64,000 nt of DNA from Verrucomicrobiia bacterium (GCA_035765675.1 DASTXC010000173.1:5644-69643); one strand, 5' to 3'. Positions 34,718 through 44,512 are shown, counted from the first letter of the stretch. Notes: generated by a model not told the origin, from the sequence alone. A program made the numbers and translations.

Positions 34718-35698
34718 ATGTTGCCGAGCGTATCCATCATCATCGCGGCGCGGCCAGGTCAGACCGAGATCAAAGCCGTTGAGGCTGCGCGGCAATTGAT
34801 TTATCCGGCAGATCGATTGGAAATCATCGTGGCTCGCGGCAAACAACCTTCCGTTCAACGCAACACTGCCATTCGCTCCGCCACCGGCGATCTGATTTAT
34901 TTTCTCGACGACGATTCCGTTCCGCCGCCCGGAAATCTACGGCGCGCGGTGGAACTGTTCCGAGACCCCAAAGTGAAAATGATTGGCGGGCCGAATCTTT
35001 GTCCGTCCGACGCGCCGGCGTTGGAAAAGGTGTTTGCGGTTGTTCTTGCAAGCTGGATTGCGTTTGGCCCGAGCCGCGCGCGTTACGCGAGCGTGGGCGA
35101 AACGCGGCCGAGCGGTGAAAAGGAATTGATTCTTTGCAATCTGCTGGCACGGCGCGATGCAGTGCTGGAACACGGCGGTTTCAACGAGGCGCTTTATCCG
35201 AACGAAGAAAATGCGTTGATGGACGAACTCCAAAAGCGCGGCGGTCAATTGATCTACGATCCGCAACTGTTCGTTTATCGACGTCCGCGGCACTCGCTTT
35301 CCGCCTTTGCGAAAATGTTGCGCACGTACGGACGCGGGCGCGCGGAACAGTTTCGATTGCATCCGACGCTGGGTTCCGCGCCGAATTTTGTCCCGCCGTT
35401 GTTCTGCCTTTATCTCATCGCGCTGATCGCTTTTGCGCTGACGCCCGTGAGCGAATCCATTGCGGCGTGGAAACTTTGGTGCGCTGCGCCGCTCGCCGTT
35501 TATGCGCTCGTAATCTTACTGCAAACACTCGTTTCCATTCCGACACACGGACTCCTCCGCAGCGTTCTGGCAATGCCGCTGTTGGTTGCCAGTCACGTGT
35601 TCTACGGTTTCGGTTTCTGGCGCGGACTGTTCACGCGATTGCATTCCGGCCCGGCGCAAAGTCGTCCGCGGATTGAAGTGGTTTTGGAACGCATCTGA
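34718..35698 (+). CDS. Family 2 glycosyltransferase with C-terminal membrane domain
   Basis: 'VSIIIAARPG', 'DLIYFLDDDSVPPPGNL' (DxD) and 'NEENALMDEL', followed by several hydrophobic helices. The tracked start at 34628 is TTG, so ATG 34718 is preferred. Confidence 0.8.
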   Translation: MLPSVSIIIAARPGQTEIKAVEAARQLIYPADRLEIIVARGKQPSVQRNTAIRSATGDLIYFLDDDSVPPPGNLRRAVELFRDPKVKMIGGPNLCPSDAPALEKVFAVVLASWIAFGPSRARYASVGETRPSGEKELILCNLLARRDAVLEHGGFNEALYPNEENALMDELQKRGGQLIYDPQLFVYRRPRHSLSAFAKMLRTYGRGRAEQFRLHPTLGSAPNFVPPLFCLYLIALIAFALTPVSESIAAWKLWCAAPLAVYALVILLQTLVSIPTHGLLRSVLAMPLLVASHVFYGFGFWRGLFTRLHSGPAQSRPRIEVVLERI

Positions 35699-35700
35699 TC

Positions 35701-38625
35701 ATGAAATCCGCGGTGTGGCCCCAAGTGATCAAAGCTTCCGCCGATCCGGAGCGCGTTCAGAAATTTCTCGATTTGCTCAACGCGGCTGGCGCGGAATCCA
35801 TTTTGAAAAGTGCTTCCGCAGAACAAGCGCGAATCCTCGCGGCGCTGCTCAGTGGTTCGCAGTTTCTCGGCAATGAACTTGTCGCGCATCCGGATTGGTT
35901 GAGTTTGCTGGACCCGGAGGATTTGAAGTTTGCCCGGCGCGCGCAGGGTTTGCGTCAGGAAGTTTCAACCTGGCTGAAACCGTTGTTCGACGCAAAAGAC
36001 TTCACCACCGCTTTGGCGAAGCTTCGCGAATTCAAGCAACGCGAAATGTTGCGAATCGCGGCGCGCGATCTGGCGCGACTCGCGAACGTTTCAGAAATCA
36101 TCCGCGAGCTTTCAGATGTTGCGGATGTCATTCTTGATTCCGTCTGGCGCAGTTGTCTGATCTCGCTTCAAGAACGTTTCGGTTCGCCGTGGCAAAAGGA
36201 TGATCGCGGCCAATGGCAGCCGACCGAGGCGTGCGTTCTCGGCATGGGAAAGCTCGGCGGCCAGGAACTTAATTACAGTTCGGACGTGGACGTGCTGTTC
36301 GTTTATAGCGACGAAGGCCAGGTCTTCAAAGAACCTCCTGCGAAAAACAAAACGCCCCGCGCGATCATGGCAAATCACCAGTTTTTCAATCGCGTCGCGG
36401 AAGCGTTCATCGCGGAAATTTCGCGCACGGCTCCGGAAGGAATGTTTTTCCGGATCGATTTGCGTTTGCGTCCGGAAGGCGATGCAGGACCGCTCTGCCG
36501 TTCTCTGGCGAGTTACGAAAATTATTACGCGCAGTGGGGCCAGACCTGGGAACGCATGATGTTGATCAAAGCACGCGGCGTGGCCGGCAGCGGAAATCTC
36601 GCGGGCGAATTTCTGGAAATGGTTCAGCCGTTTCGTTATCCACGCGCCGTCGGTGAAAATGTGCTGCGGGAAATCGGCGCGATGAAAGATCGCATTGAAG
36701 CCGAAGTCGTGCGGGCCGGCGAACTGGAGCGCAATGTGAAACTCGGCCGCGGAGGCATTCGTGAAATCGAATTCATCGCGCAATCACAGCAGCTTCTTCA
36801 CGCCGGAAAACAGCCGTTTCTACAAGGCTCTAAAACGGTTCCGGCTCTTGAGAAGCTCGCGCAATACAAATTATTTCCGGAAACGGAAACCCGCGCCCTC
36901 GCCGATGCTTACGTTTTTCTGCGCGACGTGGAGCATCGTTTGCAGATGGAAGAGAATCTTCAGACGCACACGATTCCCAATCATAAACCCTCGCAGGAAC
37001 GGCTGGCGAAATTGATGGGATTTGAGAATTGGAAAGACTTCGACCGCGCGCGCGCGGCGCATTCACATCGGGTGGCGGAGAACTTCAATCACTTGTTCCG
37101 TTCCGAAAAGTCCACGCACGCTGCTGATTTTCCGCGCGAATTCAGCGACCAGGAAACAGAATGGAAAACGATTCTTGCCGAACACTCGTTTCGTGATCCC
37201 GACAACGCGTTTCAGGTGCTGCGCGAATTCGCAGAAGGGCCGGGTTACGTTCACGTCTCGTCTCGCACGATTGAACTCGCGCATCAGCTTTTGCCGAAAT
37301 TTTTTGCGCTGTGTCCGAAACGATCTGAGACGCGCGAATCCGCCGCGCAGGTTCTTTCCGATCCGGATCGTGTGATCACGCGGCTGGACAGCTTCATCGC
37401 TGCGTATGGCGCGCGCGCGGTTTTGTTTGAATTGTGGAACAGCAATCCGACGATCTTCGAACTGTTGCTGAAGTTGTTTGATCGTTCGGAATTTCTCGCT
37501 GAACTCGCGATTCGCACGCCGGACATGGTGGATGAATTGGTGACGAGCGGGCGATTGCGTCAGCGCAAAACTTCCGATGAAACGCTGCGCGATCTGCGTC
37601 ACGGATTGGAGGACAAAGATCAAAGCCTTTGGCTCCGGCGTTATCATCAGGTTGAACTGATGCGCATCGGCTTGCGCGATATTCTTGGGCTGGCCGATCC
37701 GGAACAGTATCTGACCGAGCTTTCCGCGCTGGCGGACGCGTGTTTGCAATATGCCGTCGAAGTTGTGATGCGCCGGCACAAATTCAAAAATTCGCCGGTT
37801 GTGGTGATCGGATTGGGGAAACTGGGCGGGAGCGAAATTGATTACGGTTCAGATCTCGACATCATTTTCGTCGCTGATTCGAAAACGAAAAATCTGCGCA
37901 AGCTTCAGCCGTTGGCGGTGGAAGTGATGGAACTTTTATCCGAGCGCACGGAACTGGGAATCGTTTTTCAAACCGACGCGCGGCTGCGTCCAGATGGAGA
38001 AAAAGGTCTGCTGGTCAACACTCTGGACGCTTACGAAGAATATTATCGAACTCGCGCGCAGCTTTGGGAGATTCAATCTTTAACGCGCACCCGCGCTGTC
38101 GCCGGCAATCTGAAACTTGGCGAACGTTTTCAAAATTTAGCGGCCGCGCTGACTAATTTCGCGCAACCGGATTTGCCGCTTTCCGCATTCTCCGACGATT
38201 GGAAGATCGCGATTCACAAAATGCGGATGCGGATCGAAAAGGAACGCACGCCCGCGGGCAAAGATGATCTGGCGATCAAGACGGGGCAGGGTGGTTTGGT
38301 GGACGCGGAATTTATCGCGCAGGCGCTGTGTCTCGAAAACGGTTGGCACGAAGCGAATACGTTGCGCGCGTTGGAGCAGGGGAGAGCCTCCGGCGCATTG
38401 GCGGATGCGGAAAAGCTGATTGCAAATTATCGCGAGCTTCGGCGGGTCGAAGGCATTTTGCGGCGCTGGAGTTATGAGGGTGAAACGGTTTTGCCGGACG
38501 ATGCGGCGGCATTTTGTCGCGTATCGGTGCGATGCGGATTTACAACTCAGGAAAAGTTCTCTGAAGCGTTGAAGAAATGGCGGACAGAAATCCGGCAGGT
38601 GTACCGGATGTTTTTTGGAATTTAA
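35701..38625 (+). CDS. glnE: Bifunctional glutamine synthetase adenylyltransferase / adenylyl-removing enzyme
   Basis: 974 aa with two nucleotidyltransferase modules ('GMGKLGGQELNYSSDVDVLFVY' and 'GLGKLGGSEIDYGSDLDIIFV'). Each is followed by 'DLRLRPEG / DARLRPDG' blocks. Confidence 0.9.
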   Translation: MKSAVWPQVIKASADPERVQKFLDLLNAAGAESILKSASAEQARILAALLSGSQFLGNELVAHPDWLSLLDPEDLKFARRAQGLRQEVSTWLKPLFDAKDFTTALAKLREFKQREMLRIAARDLARLANVSEIIRELSDVADVILDSVWRSCLISLQERFGSPWQKDDRGQWQPTEACVLGMGKLGGQELNYSSDVDVLFVYSDEGQVFKEPPAKNKTPRAIMANHQFFNRVAEAFIAEISRTAPEGMFFRIDLRLRPEGDAGPLCRSLASYENYYAQWGQTWERMMLIKARGVAGSGNLAGEFLEMVQPFRYPRAVGENVLREIGAMKDRIEAEVVRAGELERNVKLGRGGIREIEFIAQSQQLLHAGKQPFLQGSKTVPALEKLAQYKLFPETETRALADAYVFLRDVEHRLQMEENLQTHTIPNHKPSQERLAKLMGFENWKDFDRARAAHSHRVAENFNHLFRSEKSTHAADFPREFSDQETEWKTILAEHSFRDPDNAFQVLREFAEGPGYVHVSSRTIELAHQLLPKFFALCPKRSETRESAAQVLSDPDRVITRLDSFIAAYGARAVLFELWNSNPTIFELLLKLFDRSEFLAELAIRTPDMVDELVTSGRLRQRKTSDETLRDLRHGLEDKDQSLWLRRYHQVELMRIGLRDILGLADPEQYLTELSALADACLQYAVEVVMRRHKFKNSPVVVIGLGKLGGSEIDYGSDLDIIFVADSKTKNLRKLQPLAVEVMELLSERTELGIVFQTDARLRPDGEKGLLVNTLDAYEEYYRTRAQLWEIQSLTRTRAVAGNLKLGERFQNLAAALTNFAQPDLPLSAFSDDWKIAIHKMRMRIEKERTPAGKDDLAIKTGQGGLVDAEFIAQALCLENGWHEANTLRALEQGRASGALADAEKLIANYRELRRVEGILRRWSYEGETVLPDDAAAFCRVSVRCGFTTQEKFSEALKKWRTEIRQVYRMFFGI

Positions 38626-38628
38626 AAA

Positions 38629-38745
38629 AGCGGCGCTGAAGCGCACGCAGTCCAAACGCTTCGCGTGATGTTAAGGTATTCGAAAATTTATAACTCCCTC
38701 TCCTCCGAGCGAAGTCGGAGAGAGGTTCAGCGTGAGGAGGTTTTT
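38629..38745. repeat. Two solo repeat arms (one of the 50.5-kb family, one of the 33-kb family)
   Basis: 38629-38666 AGCGGCGCTGAAGCGCACGCAGTCCAAACGCTTCGCG resembles 50492-50528. 38693-38745 ACTCCCTCTCCTCCGAGCGAAGTCGGAGAGAGG...GTGAGGAGGTTTTT resembles 33031-33084. Confidence 0.55.
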
Positions 38746-38833
38746 AGCGCGTTCAGCCGTGTTTCGGCTGATTGAAATTCACTGATTGTTGATGCTGCGA
38801 GAACTATGACAAAAGATTGCGAAGTATTTCCCA

Positions 38834-39403
38834 TCAGCCTTTCAGCTTCAGGAAATTTTTCAAAATCTGGCGGCCGTTTTCCGTGAGGATGCTCTCGGGA
38901 TGAAACTGCACGCCCCAGATCGGAAATTCCTTGTGCTTGACGCCCATTATCTCGCCTTCCTCGGTTTCGGCGGTGATTTCGAGACAATCTGGAATCGAGC
39001 TGCGTTCGATCACCAGCGAATGATAACGCGTCGCCGCAAAGGGATTGGGCATGCCTTCGAACAAATCTTTTCCGTTGTGCTTAATCGGCGAGGTTTTGCC
39101 ATGCATCATGCGCCCGTTCACAATCACGTTTCCGCCGAACGTGTGACCAATGCATTGATGTCCGAGACAAACGCCAAAGAGCGGAAGCTGCGGGCCGAAG
39201 GTGCGAATGATTTCATTCGAAAGACCGGATTCGCGTGGCGAACACGGGCCCGGCGAAATCATGATTCGTTCCGGCTTCAGCTCGCGAATCTGATCGATGG
39301 AAATCTGGTCGTTGCGGCGCACCTGGAGATCGGCCTGCAATTCGCCCAGATATTGAACGAGGTTGTAGGTAAACGAATCGTAGTTGTCGATGACCAGAAT
39401 CAT
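38834..39403 (-). CDS. trpG: Anthranilate / aminodeoxychorismate synthase glutamine amidotransferase component
   Basis: '[18 protein letters not shown]', '[10 protein letters not shown]' (catalytic Cys) and 'GVQFHPES' (His-Glu). trpG and pabA cannot be distinguished from sequence alone. Confidence 0.88.
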   Translation of the reverse strand: MILVIDNYDSFTYNLVQYLGELQADLQVRRNDQISIDQIRELKPERIMISPGPCSPRESGLSNEIIRTFGPQLPLFGVCLGHQCIGHTFGGNVIVNGRMMHGKTSPIKHNGKDLFEGMPNPFAATRYHSLVIERSSIPDCLEITAETEEGEIMGVKHKEFPIWGVQFHPESILTENGRQILKNFLKLKG

Positions 39404-39675
39404 ATCAATTGTGCGGGCGAATGTAGTTCAAGTCCGCGAAATTGGAAGCCAGTAAATCATGTCGGAAAGGGCGCGGGATTCATGCCGTGAGATTCGCAAT
39501 TACGAAGAGGACACGCGGAATGATTCCGCGCTCCGGTGGAAACCGAAATACTTTTGAGCCATTGATTATTTTGAAGCTGCTGCGGTTCACAGAACCGCGC
39601 TCCGCGGTTAAACAGAATCGCCAGTAAATCAATTCGCATTGACCTGCAATCGCGCAAACGTTGAACTGAAATCGA

Positions 39676-40653
39676 ATGACTGAATTCCCGCCACCACCAC
39701 CGCGACCGCCGCAGCCCCCTGCGCCGCCGCCACCACCACCGTTACACCCCATTTCCGAACCGTCTCCGGGCGAACCGAAATCCGAAAACTGGTTCAAGAA
39801 AATCCTCGCGCCACTCGGAGTCGTGGGGCTGTTGCTGCTCAAACTCGGAGCGAAGATAAAGTTCATTCTTGTTCCGGTATTGAAATTTTTCCCGGTGATT
39901 CTGAAAACCGGTGGAACGATGGTTCTGTCCATCGGCGCTTATGCTCTCGCCTGGGGCGTTTGGTTTGCGGTCGGTTTCGTATTGCTGATTTTCATTCACG
40001 AATGCGGACACCTGCTGGCGGCGCGTCGCTGCGGATTGAAAGTGGGCGCGCCGGTGTTTATTCCTTTCATGGGCGCATTTATCGCGTTGAAGGAAGCGCC
40101 GCGCAATGCGTGGATCGAAGCGCAGGTTGGAATTGGCGGACCAATTCTGGGCGCGGTCGGAGCGGGAGTTTGCGAATTGATTTTTCTCGCAACCGGAAAT
40201 CCAATGTTCCGCGGACTGGCTTACACAGGGTTTTTCCTGAACCTGTTCAATCTCGCTCCGGTGGGATTTCTTGATGGCGGACGAATCGTGACGGCGCTTT
40301 CGCCGTGGTTGTGGCTGGTGGGGTTTGTGATCATCGTCGGACTGACGATTCAACATCCGAACTTCATTCTGATCCTGATCCTGGTTTTTTCCGTGCCGCG
40401 GCTTTTCAGTCTGTTTCGTCGGAAATCGGATGAAGAACTCCGCTATTTTGAAGTCACGCCGGGTCAACGTTGGGCGATGGCGGGGATGTATTTCGGGTTG
40501 ATCGCGTTGCTCGTTTTCGGAATGCAGATGAGCCACATTCCACGGGAAACCTTGCGATCACCGCAGCCCGGGCGTCACCTGGCCGAGCGCCCATTCAATG
40601 GAACCGGCGGAAACATTCTGGCCCCAGACCACTTTGCCGATGCGCTCCGCTAA
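39676..40653 (+). CDS. M50 (site-2 protease) family membrane metalloprotease with Pro-rich N-terminus
   Basis: 'FIHECGHLLAARR' (HExxH) and 'NLFNLAPVGFLDGGRIV' (NxxPxxxLDG). The N-terminus is 'PPPPPRPPQPPAPPPPPP'. The last 96 nt overlap convergent aroB, so the true 3' end is uncertain. Confidence 0.78.
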   Translation: MTEFPPPPPRPPQPPAPPPPPPLHPISEPSPGEPKSENWFKKILAPLGVVGLLLLKLGAKIKFILVPVLKFFPVILKTGGTMVLSIGAYALAWGVWFAVGFVLLIFIHECGHLLAARRCGLKVGAPVFIPFMGAFIALKEAPRNAWIEAQVGIGGPILGAVGAGVCELIFLATGNPMFRGLAYTGFFLNLFNLAPVGFLDGGRIVTALSPWLWLVGFVIIVGLTIQHPNFILILILVFSVPRLFSLFRRKSDEELRYFEVTPGQRWAMAGMYFGLIALLVFGMQMSHIPRETLRSPQPGRHLAERPFNGTGGNILAPDHFADALR

Positions 40654-41658
40654 AACGAATTTGATTTCGCCGGCGCTGACTTTTTTGTCCAGGCGCATGG
40701 CCGCAAACAATTTCTTGCGTTCAACGGCGTTCAAGCGCACTGCCGTCGGAAGTCCGGCGCGCTGAAACAAATTTCGAATTCGTTCCACATCGCTGGAAGG
40801 CAATCCAAGCTGCTTGGCGGAAAGTTCCGCCGCGGCGATCTGGCCAATCGAAATCGCTTCGCCGTGCAGGTATTTTCCGTAACGCGAAATCGCTTCCAGA
40901 CCGTGGCCGATGGTGTGGCCGAAATTCAAAATGGCGCGCAGACCGCTTTCAGTTTCGTCCTGGCCGACCACTTCCGCTTTGATTTCACAGCAACGAGCGA
41001 TCACGCCGGCAAGCGTTTTCGCATCGCGTTTCAACAGCTTTGGCAAATCGCGTTCGAGCTGCGCAAAAAACGGCGCATCGTAAATGATGCCGTACTTGAT
41101 GACTTCCGCGAGGCCGGAGCGGTATTCGCGTTCGGGCAATGTTTTGAGCGTGTCGAGATCGCACAGCACCAGGCGCGGTTGATAGAATGCACCAACGAGA
41201 TTTTTTCCCGCCTTGAGATTCACGCCGACCTTGCCGCCGACCGAACTGTCCACGTGCGCGAGCAGCGTGGTGGGCAATTGCACAAACGCAATTCCGCGCA
41301 GATATGTTGCGGCGACAAATCCGGCGAGATCACCCACGACGCCGCCGCCAAGTGCGATGACGAATGATTTTCGTTCGATGCGATGCACCGCGAGTTGATC
41401 GTAGCAGCGTTCAACAGAATCAAGGCTTTTGGCGGTTTCACCGGCGCGGAAGGTGATCAGGACGGATTCGAAACCAGCTTTAGCTAAAACGTTGCGAACC
41501 GTTGCGGCGTATTTCGGAGCGACGTTGCTGTCGGAAATGATCGCACAACGCCGGCCCAGTTCGAGACGGCGAACGTGTGCGCCCAATTGCCGGAGGAGAT
41601 TGGGACCGATCTGAATTTCGTAACTGCGTTGACCGAGGGGAACATTGACGATTCGCAC
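40558..41658 (-). CDS. aroB: 3-dehydroquinate synthase
   Basis: 'ALGGGVVGDLAGFVAATYLRGIAFVQLPTTLLAHVDSSVGGKVGVN' and 'LNFGHTIGHGLE' are AroB blocks. Confidence 0.9.
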   Translation of the reverse strand: MRIVNVPLGQRSYEIQIGPNLLRQLGAHVRRLELGRRCAIISDSNVAPKYAATVRNVLAKAGFESVLITFRAGETAKSLDSVERCYDQLAVHRIERKSFVIALGGGVVGDLAGFVAATYLRGIAFVQLPTTLLAHVDSSVGGKVGVNLKAGKNLVGAFYQPRLVLCDLDTLKTLPEREYRSGLAEVIKYGIIYDAPFFAQLERDLPKLLKRDAKTLAGVIARCCEIKAEVVGQDETESGLRAILNFGHTIGHGLEAISRYGKYLHGEAISIGQIAAAELSAKQLGLPSSDVERIRNLFQRAGLPTAVRLNAVERKKLFAAMRLDKKVSAGEIKFVLAERIGKVVWGQNVSAGSIEWALGQVTPGLR

Positions 41659-41833
41659 GCGGAAAGAATAGGAGGCGTTGGATACGTCGCAAGCGAAAGC
41701 TGACGAACGCGAAGTTGAATGCGGGAATCACAACCTGTGCTGTGGAATGCGCGAAATGAATTCGCGGTCTGGCCCATGAAGCGGCGTTGTTTTTGTTTCT
41801 GCTAAATTATTTTCACAAAATTGCGGAAAGCGC

Positions 41834-41862
41834 TTGCGCGAAAGAAAACCTGGGGCATTATA
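41834..41862 (+). promoter_or_regulatory. Candidate sigma-70 promoter for tRNA-fMet
   Basis: TTGCGC, a 17-nt spacer, then ATTATA. The -10 element ends 14 nt before the mature tRNA 5' end. Confidence 0.35.
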
Positions 41863-41875
41863 CGTCCTCCTGGAA

Positions 41876-41952
<77 letters not shown>

Positions 41953-41960
41953 ATTTCCCG

Positions 41961-41990
41961 ACCCTGACAATCCTTGGTCAGGGTTTTTTC
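41961..41990 (+). terminator. Rho-independent terminator after tRNA-fMet
   Basis: ACCCTGAC-aatccttg-GTCAGGGT followed by TTTTTT. Confidence 0.7.
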
Positions 41991-42021
41991 ATTTCACCGC
42001 CGAGTGCCGCAATTCCGCAGA

Positions 42022-42588
42022 TTACCGGTTAGGGACTGAAGCTGAATTCTTTTCAAGGAATATTTTGCGAACTGTTTTAGATGCGTAAAAAAGCAGGATG
42101 ACTGCAAAAACCGCAGCGACGCCGCAGGTTGCCAGATAAAAAGCCTGAAGCTTTTGTCTCTCTAAAGCTGCTTTGAGTACGTGATAGGTGAAGCAAATGA
42201 ATATCGCGGGAAGCAAAACGACGAAGCGACGACGAGCTCGTTCGCTTCCTCTCAAAACTTTATAGCAGCAAAACAATCCGAAAATCCCAATCACGGATTC
42301 AGCGGGTTGGAACGAAACATCGATCCAGACCGGATACGGGCGCTGAGCTTGCGTCAGGTTTTTCAGCCATTCAGCCGGGTTGGCGGCAATGTAAGTCGCA
42401 AGCATCAAGCTGTCCCAGCAGATCGATGCAATATAGATAAGCGCCAAAGAATGGATGCATTTGAAAGCTAAATGCGCTCGATCAAACACCGCATTTTTTG
42501 AAAACACATTTTGCCACGCCTGCGAAGCGAAGAATGCCAAAGGCAGAATCGTATGAATGAAAAGTGAAACTGGATAGCGGCTCATCAT
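42022..42588 (-). CDS. Hypothetical polytopic membrane protein (188 aa) in AT-rich islet
   Basis: Several hydrophobic helices (SLFIHTILPLAFFASQAW, ALIYIASICWDSLMLATYIAA, VIGIFGLFCCYKV, VVLLPAIFICFTYHVL, ATCGVAAVFAVILLFYA). ATG 42588 overlaps the upstream stop by 4 nt. Confidence 0.6.
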   Translation of the reverse strand: MMSRYPVSLFIHTILPLAFFASQAWQNVFSKNAVFDRAHLAFKCIHSLALIYIASICWDSLMLATYIAANPAEWLKNLTQAQRPYPVWIDVSFQPAESVIGIFGLFCCYKVLRGSERARRRFVVLLPAIFICFTYHVLKAALERQKLQAFYLATCGVAAVFAVILLFYASKTVRKIFLEKNSASVPNR

Positions 42589-43025
42589 TTCGCTAGAGGC
42601 TTTCCATGTAAAGTTGGCTCCAGGACCGTGCCATCCATGAGAACGATACAGGTGAGATGATTTGCATATGGAGCGACGCTGAATTTGATTCGATAATAGA
42701 AGCAAGATCTGAAGCGGATTTCCTCTGGATGAACGGGACGTAAAACAATTTCGTCAACATCGCCTGTTCCGACACCCTTGGAGGCAATCCACTTCTTGCC
42801 AATCTTTATTGCGTTCATCAAAGAAAGGGTCGGTTCATTTCCCATCTCTGGACGCCATTTAGGCAATTGTTCAAGTCGATCAAGCGGGAGCCACCATTGG
42901 TTTGTGCCACCACCATGATCTGTATTGGTGTGATAAAGCAACAAGCGTGGTTCTTCGCTCTGAGCATGCAAGCTCACTGCGACGGCGCACATTAAGGCAT
43001 AGAATCCGATTAAAAAAATTTTCAT
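42585..43025 (-). CDS. Hypothetical secreted protein (146 aa) in AT-rich islet
   Basis: Only the C-terminal part of tracked ORF 42585..43751 is kept. Starting at ATG 43025 gives a clean signal peptide MKIFLIGFYALMCAVAVSLHAQ. The upstream 242 codons are Cys-rich junk. Confidence 0.6.
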   Translation of the reverse strand: MKIFLIGFYALMCAVAVSLHAQSEEPRLLLYHTNTDHGGGTNQWWLPLDRLEQLPKWRPEMGNEPTLSLMNAIKIGKKWIASKGVGTGDVDEIVLRPVHPEEIRFRSCFYYRIKFSVAPYANHLTCIVLMDGTVLEPTLHGKPLAK

Positions 43026-43192
43026 AATGATTGCTCTTAGAATCACAGATGGGTTGCAATAAATGTCGGTAAATTGTCCTGGCAAAAGCCAATTTGAAGT
43101 GACGTGCGCATTGCAACAAAAAGCCCAACCAAGTTCACAGTTGTCAACCGCGGAACCGGAGTACTGTTCTGACAAGGCCCTCGCATCTTTCG

Positions 43193-43609
43193 TCATTTTG
43201 CCAATGCGAGCAGCGGCAATGAAACCAGCAGCCCTAGAAATGCGACCAGAGCAAATAACGCGTTCCCGATGGCTGACCGCCGATGATGTGCAGTGAATTG
43301 AACAATAGCGGCAAAAACAAAAACGAAGAAAGACGCCGAATGCATCGCTAAAATATAAATTGTGATATCGCTCTGCGCGTCCCGTAAATAAAACGTCTCC
43401 TGTGATTGAACTATTGCCCAAACCGGAATGATGATGACGTAAGCCTTGAAGGGAAACAGCAAGAGCTTCAACCATCCGCGTATGGATTTGGGAAATGTAT
43501 TCACTATATAAAGAATCAACTGCTCCAAGTCTCGGTGGACATTGGACAAAATCCACCCAACTTGCAACCACAGCCAAAAGAGCGGGCGAGTATCGATCAG
43601 TGATTTCAC
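43193..43609 (-). CDS. Hypothetical membrane protein (138 aa) in AT-rich islet
   Basis: Four hydrophobic segments (LFWLWLQVGWILS, LLLFPFKAYVIIIPVWAIV, ITIYILAMHSASFFVFVFAAIV, ALFALVAFLGLLVSLPLLALA). Preferred over the overlapping frame of ORF 42585..43751. Confidence 0.55.
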   Translation of the reverse strand: MKSLIDTRPLFWLWLQVGWILSNVHRDLEQLILYIVNTFPKSIRGWLKLLLFPFKAYVIIIPVWAIVQSQETFYLRDAQSDITIYILAMHSASFFVFVFAAIVQFTAHHRRSAIGNALFALVAFLGLLVSLPLLALAK

Positions 43610-43713
43610 ATTTCAGCCCCAATACTCCTTCGAGCGGCGTCGATAATATCCTGTTATAGGACTTGCGTTTTCCGGAGGCGGAGACTCTAATTCGTCGAAC
43701 CCAATTTGGAGCT

Positions 43714-44394
43714 ATGAAAAAACCGACTGGTGGAGCTACGGCGCGGAGCATTCGAGTTTTTCTGGTGGACGATCACCCCTTGGTAAGACACGCATTGCGG
43801 GATGTGTTGCGTCATGAACGCGACCTTGAGGTCTGCGGGGAAGCCGATGATCGCGACGTCGCTTTGAAAGCCATCGCCGCCGCCGAACCGGATCTCGCCA
43901 TCGTCGATCTGCGATTGAGAACGTCTGACGGTCTCGAACTGATTCGCGATTTGAAAAATCGTTATCCCAAGGTTCTCAGTCTGGTACTTTCCATGCAGGA
44001 CGAATCCATCACGGCCGAACGCGCAGTTCGTGCAGGAGCGCGCGGTTACGTTTCCAAACAGGAGCCGCCAAAAAAAATCATGGAAGCCGTTCGCAAAGTT
44101 CTCGGGGGCGAAATTTATTGGAGCGAAAAAGCCGCGGCGCAGGTGGCATCCCGGATTGCGTCGCCCACGGCCACGAGCGCTTCCATCGCCGATACACTTT
44201 CCGAGCGCGAGCTTCAGGTCTTCGAAGCTATCGGACTCGGCAAGAACACGCACCAGATTGGTGAGACGCTGCATATCGACGTCAGCACCGTGGAAACGTA
44301 TCGCTCGCGCATCAAAGAAAAGCTTCATCTCAAGGACGGTTCTGAATTGTTGCAGACCGCCATTCGCTGGTGTCTGAACAAAGCTTACGTTTGA
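43714..44394 (+). CDS. NarL/FixJ-type response regulator (REC + LuxR HTH), no adjacent histidine kinase
   Basis: 'RVFLVDDHPLVRHAL', phospho-acceptor context 'PDLAIVDLRL', 'LSMQDE', 'GARGYVSK', and the HTH 'LSERELQVFEAIGLGKNTHQIGETLHIDVSTVETYRSRIKEKL'. Start at ATG 43714. Confidence 0.87.
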   Translation: MKKPTGGATARSIRVFLVDDHPLVRHALRDVLRHERDLEVCGEADDRDVALKAIAAAEPDLAIVDLRLRTSDGLELIRDLKNRYPKVLSLVLSMQDESITAERAVRAGARGYVSKQEPPKKIMEAVRKVLGGEIYWSEKAAAQVASRIASPTATSASIADTLSERELQVFEAIGLGKNTHQIGETLHIDVSTVETYRSRIKEKLHLKDGSELLQTAIRWCLNKAYV

Positions 44395-44512
44395 TCGGGC
44401 CGGTCTGAATTTTGCAGTTTGAATTCACTGGACGGCAATGTTCCCCCGCTTGCGCCGACGGATTTCACATGTCACCTTCACCCGGGCAGCGCGCAATGAT
44501 TCCAGAACATCC

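Noticed and set aside
39450-39632. 12-bp direct repeat GCCAGTAAATCA (39450 and 39621) in the trpG-M50 spacer
   Set aside because: It is too short to distinguish from chance without genome-wide statistics, and no associated structure or ORF is visible.
43600-43720. Duplicated tRNA-fMet 3' end (att site) at the far border of the AT-rich islet
   Set aside because: Only a weak resemblance is present ('CAGCCCCAATACT' versus 'TAGCCCCGCAACCA'). There is no integrase gene, so a classical integrative element cannot be supported.
43026-43751. N-terminal 242 codons of tracked ORF 42585-43751 (388 aa)
   Set aside because: The sequence is Cys/Ser/Arg-rich and not protein-like. A signal-peptide start at 43025 and a separate four-TM ORF in another frame (43193-43609) explain the region better.
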